This document shows positions 21,142 through 26,812 of a stretch of 64,000 nucleotides of DNA, one piece after another (the first letter of the stretch is position 1; the number at the start of each line of letters is the position of its first letter). The translations under genes and the position numbers were made by a program. The notes below the pieces were generated by a model, which ran no database searches, had not been told where the DNA came from, and saw only the letters and a program-made list of their open reading frames with translations. This DNA is from Deltaproteobacteria bacterium (GTDB lineage Bacteria > Desulfobacterota > JBBIRW01), in contig JBBIRW010000005.1 in assembly GCA_037441565.1 (NCBI GenBank), positions 69,917-133,916 on the forward strand, written 5' to 3'.

Positions 21142-22004
21142 ACCCCCTTTTCCTCAAGCTCCTCAAGTCTTCTCCTTGCGATCTCTGCCCATACACTATC
21201 ACCATCTATCTGGAGGTATCTCCTCCAGTGATACTTTGCCCTTTTTAGCTGCCCTTTCTTCTCATATACCCTGGCAATATTGAAATGTGCATCAGCAAAG
21301 AGTGGATCACACTTGAGGGCCTTCAAATATGTCCTTCTTGCATCCTCGAGGCATCCTTTCTCCTCTAAGGCATTGCCCAGGTTGTAATATCCCTCGGGCC
21401 TGTGGGGTGATGAGATTATCCCTTTCTTGAATGCCTCTATAGCCTTCTCCATGAGACCCATGCTAAAGTGAATGTTGCCAAGCTCCATGTATGCTTCGTA
21501 AAAATTTTTCTTAAGGGCTATAGCCTTCTTCAGCGCATCAACTGCTCTTTCCATGGACACATCCTCGAGTTGGATCGCCTTCATAAAGTACTGCCAACTC
21601 TTTGATTCCTTTTCCGTTAGCCTCTCAACCTTTCCCTTCAGGATATCAAAAAGATCCGCGGTATCAAGTTCAAGGAGAAGTTGGCCGGTTGAGGGATCCA
21701 TTGCTATATCCCCCTTCACCACGTAAACATTCTTCCCCTTCACCATAAATCTTACCCTGACAGGTGGCTCCTCATCAGGGTAAATCCTCCGAAGGGATTC
21801 AACAGCCCTCCTCATCTTATTGAATGGCACACCCTTGTGAAGTAGTTCCTTTGCTGCTCTTAAAAAGACGAGGTCCCGAAAGCTATAAATTTTAATTTTT
21901 CCTTTTAACGATGGTCTGATAAACCCTATCCTCTCCCAATAATAGAGCCTCTGCCTCTTTATTCCGATAATTCTTGCTGCATCCACCCTGCGATAGCCTT
22001 CCAT
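21138..22004 (-). CDS. MerR-type HTH protein with C-terminal TPR repeats
   Basis: N-terminal HTH (RVDAARIIGIKRQRLYYWERIGFIRPS...YSFRDLVFLRAAKEL). The C-terminal half has 3-4 TPR-like repeats (YMELGNIHFSMG.., YYNLGNALEEKG.., HFNIARVYEKKG..). Confidence 0.75.
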   Translation of the reverse strand: MEGYRRVDAARIIGIKRQRLYYWERIGFIRPSLKGKIKIYSFRDLVFLRAAKELLHKGVPFNKMRRAVESLRRIYPDEEPPVRVRFMVKGKNVYVVKGDIAMDPSTGQLLLELDTADLFDILKGKVERLTEKESKSWQYFMKAIQLEDVSMERAVDALKKAIALKKNFYEAYMELGNIHFSMGLMEKAIEAFKKGIISSPHRPEGYYNLGNALEEKGCLEDARRTYLKALKCDPLFADAHFNIARVYEKKGQLKRAKYHWRRYLQIDGDSVWAEIARRRLEELEEKGV

Positions 22005-22030
22005 CTCCGTCCCGCATTATTCACATTTAG

Positions 22031-23458
22031 TTATATATTCGTCCTGAATGCAGAGAAGTGGTAGCCCGATTGATTCATAGCCTTCTCAGCAGCCTCAGAA
22101 ATTTCCCTGTCGTGATCGTGATCGAGTGCATAGATCCTCAGTTGAGCAACCCTTGCTGGTATATATTGAAAGAACTCCCTCAAGGGCTCCTTTGAAACCT
22201 CCCTCGTGGAAGGGTTATAAATATAGATCTGTTTGTCACCCATACTCAGAGGATTTATAGGCCTTGGGTCCTGAATTGCCATATCCACCCTTATCTCTTT
22301 TTTCCTCAGGGATGGTGGAAGAAGCCTTCTTATCTCCCTTTCCAGATCCTTTTCCTTTATAAAAGTAAAACCCCGAAGTGGCTCGCTTACAGGGAGAATT
22401 GACTCATATGCCATCTTCCATTTCACCTGTCGTGATAATATCTTTGACCACTCCTCTCCAAGCCTTTTTAAATCCCTTCTCCTCGATTGAACCCACTTCT
22501 TTACTTCTTCCAGTACAAACCAATCCGTAAGATTAAGGTATTCGTCCAGTTTCTTTGATGGATCGCCAGGGAACAGATTTGAAATTGTATCGTGAAAAAT
22601 CTCTTTTAGATGGAGATCTATTGCCCTTGTTGTTCTGTGATAATAGACATTCTGATAAAGATAAAGGCGGCTGTTAAGAAACATGGTGAGGGCACCGCTT
22701 CCTGCCCTGTGAAGAGTAATCCCCTTCTCCGTCAGGAATGTATAGTACATGAGCCGCTCAAGATCAATCGGACCAACAGCGACACCACACATATACGAAT
22801 CCCTCAATACATAATCAAGGTTGTCTACGGTGTAAACGCCACTGAATAAAGGCTGAACGAGCGAAAGCCAGAAGGGTATATTCTCATAATCGGCCATCTG
22901 ACCGCCTTTTCTCATGAGGTAACCAATATATTCAGGCCTTATTATCTCACCCTCATCAAAATATCCGTGAGGGCTTCTTCTTATCCCTTCAAGCACACCG
23001 GGGAACTCCTTCTTTATAATCATTTCACCCAGTATTTCGTGATCGAGGGAATAACTGGCGAGGAAATTGTCATCAAAAAAATGCCCGAAGGGACCGTGCC
23101 CTATATCGTGAAGAAGGGCTGTTATTCTCAATATCTCCTCAAAGAAGTACGGTGATGGAAAGGGTTCATTTTGAGATTTTAGCGATTCTTTCAGTGATGG
23201 ATAAAGGTGGATCGCAAACTTTCCCGCGATATCCATTGCACCTATTGAATGCTGGAATCTTGAATGTTCGGCTGATGGATATACCCATCTTGCACTCTGA
23301 AGCTGATATATCGATCTTAAACGTTGAACCCATGGTGTATCGATAATATCCTTTTCCGTTACCTCGTTTGAATCTCCTTTTTTCGGGACAGTGAAAACAA
23401 TATACTTATGTATGGGATCTGCAATGAGCGCAATCCCATCATGAAATCGATATTCCAT
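22031..23458 (-). CDS. HD-domain phosphohydrolase, SAMHD1/dNTP-triphosphohydrolase-like
   Basis: DPIH..I...ID.PWVQRLRSIYQL, HSRFQHSIG, LLHDIGHGPFGHFFD, YTVDNLDYVLRDSYMCG. This is the motif order of SAMHD1/EF1143-type HD hydrolases. Confidence 0.82.
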   Translation of the reverse strand: MEYRFHDGIALIADPIHKYIVFTVPKKGDSNEVTEKDIIDTPWVQRLRSIYQLQSARWVYPSAEHSRFQHSIGAMDIAGKFAIHLYPSLKESLKSQNEPFPSPYFFEEILRITALLHDIGHGPFGHFFDDNFLASYSLDHEILGEMIIKKEFPGVLEGIRRSPHGYFDEGEIIRPEYIGYLMRKGGQMADYENIPFWLSLVQPLFSGVYTVDNLDYVLRDSYMCGVAVGPIDLERLMYYTFLTEKGITLHRAGSGALTMFLNSRLYLYQNVYYHRTTRAIDLHLKEIFHDTISNLFPGDPSKKLDEYLNLTDWFVLEEVKKWVQSRRRDLKRLGEEWSKILSRQVKWKMAYESILPVSEPLRGFTFIKEKDLEREIRRLLPPSLRKKEIRVDMAIQDPRPINPLSMGDKQIYIYNPSTREVSKEPLREFFQYIPARVAQLRIYALDHDHDREISEAAEKAMNQSGYHFSAFRTNI

Positions 23459-23504
23459 ATCCGCCCCGTATTTCAGAATATTTCAGATTGTTATCGATCT
23501 GTTT

Positions 23505-23726
23505 TCATCCACCCCTTATCTTTGGGACAAGCAACATTATATCACCATCAGCAAGAAGCTCCTCTCTCTTCTTCTCTACACCGTTCACCCTGGCCTCCAT
23601 ATTTCCATTCACACCCAGTTCATCCATTAAATCACCAATTGTTATTGGGGCTTCCTTTGTATAGGTGGAAACCTCCTTCCCCATTATAACTACCTTTACT
23701 GTTATCTTTCCGTTTTTTCTTGCCAT
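23505..23726 (-). CDS. ubiquitin-like / ThiS-MoaD-like small protein ending in Arg-Gly-Gly
   Basis: 73 aa. C-terminus is ...LLVPKIRGG followed directly by TGA (GG codons 23508-23513). GGAGG lies 4 nt upstream of the ATG. The alternating hydrophobic pattern fits a beta-grasp fold. Confidence 0.75.
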   Translation of the reverse strand: MARKNGKITVKVVIMGKEVSTYTKEAPITIGDLMDELGVNGNMEARVNGVEKKREELLADGDIMLLVPKIRGG

Positions 23727-23738
23727 GCTGCCTCCTTC

Positions 23739-24398
23739 CTAATTAATTGTTAATGTTAGTGTTTTCAAATCAAAAATAATCTCCTTCTGTAAATCCTCTC
23801 CCATTAAGAATTTTTTGATCTGATTACCAACAATACTCGCAATGGCAAATCCCGTATAAGCGATGGCCCTTGCTGTACACGGCAGGTTGAATGAATCCTG
23901 ATCGGAATAGAGGGTTTTCTCATAAAAGCGAACATCCCCAATATCAATAGGTCTAATCGTATATGTCCTCATCACCTCTCCACCCATTCTACTCTCTATG
24001 TACAGTGGAACCGATGCTTTGAATCTCACCGAATTCACCCATATATCCTTTCTGTCTTTCATACTGTCAACAGCGCATACAACAATACCTGTTAGCCTCT
24101 CCCTTTCCACCCTCATAATTCTACCTTCCGCCTTTATCCCTGTTGACTCATATATGATCTCTGAAAGTGCATCCGCCTTGGCAATTCCCACATCCTTTGG
24201 GCGATAGATCTGGTTGGGGATATTGTGTTCCTCAACTATATCGTGATCCATAAGGACTAACCTTCTGAACCCCATCTTTGCGAGAAGTAAAGCAAGAAAG
24301 GACCCTATCCCTCCAAGACCTATGATATTTATCCTTGTATCCAGCGTCTCTTCATTCAATATATCCATCTGTCTTAGCAGATCCATCTTTAACCCCAC
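23739..24398 (-). CDS. minimal ThiF/MoeB-type E1-like adenylyltransferase
   Basis: Rossmann motif NIIGLGGIGSFLALLLAKMG, then DHDIVEEHNIPNQ and VDSMKDR motifs. There are no CxxC zinc pairs and no rhodanese or extra domains. The track start at 24398 is GTG. The ATG at 24386 lies 2 nt after the JAMM stop and is equally plausible. Confidence 0.8.
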   Translation of the reverse strand: MGLKMDLLRQMDILNEETLDTRINIIGLGGIGSFLALLLAKMGFRRLVLMDHDIVEEHNIPNQIYRPKDVGIAKADALSEIIYESTGIKAEGRIMRVERERLTGIVVCAVDSMKDRKDIWVNSVRFKASVPLYIESRMGGEVMRTYTIRPIDIGDVRFYEKTLYSDQDSFNLPCTARAIAYTGFAIASIVGNQIKKFLMGEDLQKEIIFDLKTLTLTIN

Positions 24399-24940
24399 CA
24401 GAGGGTCTCATACCTTCCATCATGAGGATATATGTAGAGAACCTTTTTATCTATATCCCTCATTACCTCTTTTCTCAAATAATTCATATCAAAATCCCTC
24501 TCTCCAATTCCGACCAGTTTAACATCGTTTATGGTTCTCCTAACAGGTTCCCTCCAGTCAATCCTCACCATATACTCCCCCCTCTTATTGCCAACTATTG
24601 AAATCAGCCAGTCCACAGGGAATGAATCTATTGTACTCTCGTCTGTCTCACTCCATGAAAGATCCCATATTGCGTGACTGTGCCACCAAACCCTTATCTG
24701 CCATGGATCGAGCCCATCATTTATGGCATCCTCAAGCAGATTGAAAAGTGCTCCAGTGTCGAGCTTTGTTTCCCATAGGGATGCTTCTTGATGAACAAGA
24801 AAGAGATTCTCAATAACGGGTATCCCCTCTCCCTTTGAGACGAATCCTATACCACAGATTTCGCCTGGACATATTTCAATATATAACTTTAACTTCTCAA
24901 GTGCCATCCATTTTATATAAACATGATCAATGGTGTGCAT
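24389..24940 (-). CDS. JAMM/MPN+ metalloprotease (JAB domain)
   Basis: Glu in PGEICGIGF plus HSHAIWDLSWSETD, which matches H-x-H-x7-S-x2-D (codons 24641-24682). The preferred start is the ATG at 24940, preceded by GAGGTGGAGG. The track ORF extends to 24988. Confidence 0.82.
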   Translation of the reverse strand: MHTIDHVYIKWMALEKLKLYIEICPGEICGIGFVSKGEGIPVIENLFLVHQEASLWETKLDTGALFNLLEDAINDGLDPWQIRVWWHSHAIWDLSWSETDESTIDSFPVDWLISIVGNKRGEYMVRIDWREPVRRTINDVKLVGIGERDFDMNYLRKEVMRDIDKKVLYIYPHDGRYETLWWG

Positions 24941-26126
24941 CCTCCACCTCGGGCCAGTTTGTAATGGGAATCCTCCAGTCATTAGCATTTACGGTCTTTA
25001 GATAATCAATCAGTACCTCAATGGCTGTCACAAATTGATACTCTCCAATGAGCCTTGCCACCCCTGCCCTTATGCTCCCAAGGCATGGTTTACCATAAGA
25101 GATATGAGGATGATCAAATATTTTATAAGGATTAGTAAGATTTTTTATGAGCAGTTCACCATCAGTTGATATCTTTATCAGGAATGATCCTATCCTGTAT
25201 TTTTTATTTTCATATTCGACAACGATATCCTTTGTATATACAAAAATCTTACTATCCCTGACCTGCACATCCCTTACCTCAGGAATGTTCAAAAGGTTAT
25301 TGAATTCATTTAGAGTAAAAGAGCTATCCTTCTCGTTTCTGAGAATGCATATCCTCCTCCAGTAGTCTGCCATCAATTTACTGCATTGGGTGATTCTTCT
25401 GGAGTATTTCTCTATTGTTCTTTCCATTGCCTGCATCTCCTGCTCTAGAAACTTTAATTCCTCCTCCGCCCCCTTTTTCACCATTTCTTTATATTCCAGC
25501 ATATTTAACACCCTGTGATTATCGAAATAATCCATCTCTTCATCCTCCGCCTCCCTCACCATCCGCATGAATATCTCTCTGAATTTTTGGCTACCTGCAT
25601 AACTTATCCCTTCCCAAAATTCAATCGATTCATTGATTGCCCTGTTCAGGCACTTTCTGATGAGTATCCTCCTTTCCACATCATCCTGATCGATTATATT
25701 AAAGAGTACATATATGTTGTTACCCACAAGCTCCATCACATCAACTCCATCATCATCCCTGATGATCTTACCCCTTCCCGAACCCCTTGATCCCTTGTAG
25801 GCTAGATCCGCTCCCTCCTTAAGAGGTATGGAAAATACACGACTTATTCTTTTCACTGGTTTTCCAGCCCATAATCGAAAAAGAAACATCTTCACTGGAA
25901 TTGAAAATAGATGCATATATAGCTTTCTTCCTCCTCTTGGGGCAGAATAACCTCCAGGGCAGAAGAAAACGACCATATCCATCTGGAGGGCTTTTGAATG
26001 ATATCTGCAAATTTCACTAATACCCTTCAGGGGGGAGTTCTCATATTCGGGATAGAATATCTCTTCTCCTTTATGGTTTATAGAAAGTACATATTCCTTT
26101 ACGGCTCGGGAAGATAATATAGACAT
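24927..26126 (-). CDS. 399-aa protein: unknown N-terminal domain, coiled coil, and C-terminal UBC/E2-like domain (candidate catalytic Cys348)
   Basis: The C-terminal roughly 110 aa has three beta-strand-like segments, then DHPHISYGKPCLGSIRAGVARLIGE. HPH is at 25104-25112 and the Cys TGC at 25083-25085. This resembles the E2 HPN flap, Cys and helix. The central segment is charged and heptad-rich. The CDS itself is solid. The E2 assignment is inference. Confidence 0.6.
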   Translation of the reverse strand: MSILSSRAVKEYVLSINHKGEEIFYPEYENSPLKGISEICRYHSKALQMDMVVFFCPGGYSAPRGGRKLYMHLFSIPVKMFLFRLWAGKPVKRISRVFSIPLKEGADLAYKGSRGSGRGKIIRDDDGVDVMELVGNNIYVLFNIIDQDDVERRILIRKCLNRAINESIEFWEGISYAGSQKFREIFMRMVREAEDEEMDYFDNHRVLNMLEYKEMVKKGAEEELKFLEQEMQAMERTIEKYSRRITQCSKLMADYWRRICILRNEKDSSFTLNEFNNLLNIPEVRDVQVRDSKIFVYTKDIVVEYENKKYRIGSFLIKISTDGELLIKNLTNPYKIFDHPHISYGKPCLGSIRAGVARLIGEYQFVTAIEVLIDYLKTVNANDWRIPITNWPEVEDAHH

Positions 26127-26135
26127 TATAATTAA

Positions 26136-26164
26136 ATCTTAAAGACCCTTATGGAGGGTGTCAA
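26136..26164 (-). promoter_or_regulatory. putative sigma70-type promoter of the Ubl cassette (leaderless geometry)
   Basis: Minus strand TTGACA (26164-26159), a 17-nt spacer, TAAGAT (26141-26136), then 9 nt to the ATG at 26126. No Shine-Dalgarno sequence in between. Confidence 0.35.
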
Positions 26165-26173
26165 GGTAAGCCT

Positions 26174-26734
26174 TTAATCTGATTTTAATATATCGTCCCT
26201 TTTGAAGATAGCATTAACTCTGTACCCTTTCTCTTCAAGGAATAACCTTCCACCCTCCTCCCTATCCACGATACAGAAGACACCCTTTACAATAGCTCCC
26301 TCTCCTTCTGCAGCAGAGATGGCTTTAAGTGAAGAAGCACCTGTAGTAATAACGTCCTCAACGATTACTACCCTATCACCTTCATACAACGGTCCCTCAA
26401 TGAACCTCCTCGACCCGTGAGGCTTTTCCTCCTTTCTCACGATAAAGCCCCTCAGTGGTTTCGATAAATTGAAGGATAGGGCAACAATTGACCCCACAAT
26501 GGGATCAGCTCCGAGTGTTAATCCACCAACAGCATCTATATCCACATCCATGTAAGTATTTAGAAAAATCCGACCTACAAGATATGCACCCTCCGGATCA
26601 AGGGTTATATATTTACCATCTATATAATAATTGCTCTTTTTACCCGAGGAGAGAATGAAATCTCCTCTTTTAAGGGACCTTTCCTTTATAAGCTCAAGAA
26701 GTCTCCTTTTCAGTGCCTCTAAATCATGGATCAT
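26174..26734 (-). CDS. pyrE: orotate phosphoribosyltransferase
   Basis: Type I PRTase with PRPP loop VVIVEDVITTGASS. Length and N-terminal layout fit PyrE. Confidence 0.92.
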   Translation of the reverse strand: MIHDLEALKRRLLELIKERSLKRGDFILSSGKKSNYYIDGKYITLDPEGAYLVGRIFLNTYMDVDIDAVGGLTLGADPIVGSIVALSFNLSKPLRGFIVRKEEKPHGSRRFIEGPLYEGDRVVIVEDVITTGASSLKAISAAEGEGAIVKGVFCIVDREEGGRLFLEEKGYRVNAIFKRDDILKSD

Positions 26735-26774
26735 CTTATTGCCTCTTTTGAAATAATTGCAGAAAATAAAGGAT

Positions 26775-26803
26775 TTGACAATATGGCTTTCTAGATCTTA
26801 AAT
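26775..26803 (+). promoter_or_regulatory. putative sigma70-type promoter of pilin-like gene (leaderless geometry)
   Basis: TTGACA (26775-26780), a 17-nt spacer, TTAAAT (26798-26803), then 9 nt to the ATG at 26813. No Shine-Dalgarno sequence. Confidence 0.35.
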
Positions 26804-26812
26804 ATTCTTATC

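Noticed and set aside
23505-24940. Alternative reading of Ubl, E1 and JAMM as a ThiS/MoaD/CysO-type sulfur-carrier pathway.
   Set aside because: This is not fully excluded, but it is disfavoured. No sulfurtransferase, thiazole synthase, MoaE or CysM gene is adjacent. The carrier has no post-GG extension for the JAMM enzyme to remove. The cassette begins with a protein carrying an E2-like HPH...Cys module.
20716-26173. Possible genomic island integrated at tRNA-Phe and carrying the Ubl cassette.
   Set aside because: There is no integrase, recombinase or transposase gene. I could find no direct repeat of the tRNA 3' end (GGTTCAATTCCGTGACCCCCCA) near 26127-26173. I therefore do not call a mobile element. 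The tRNA proximity is noted only as context.
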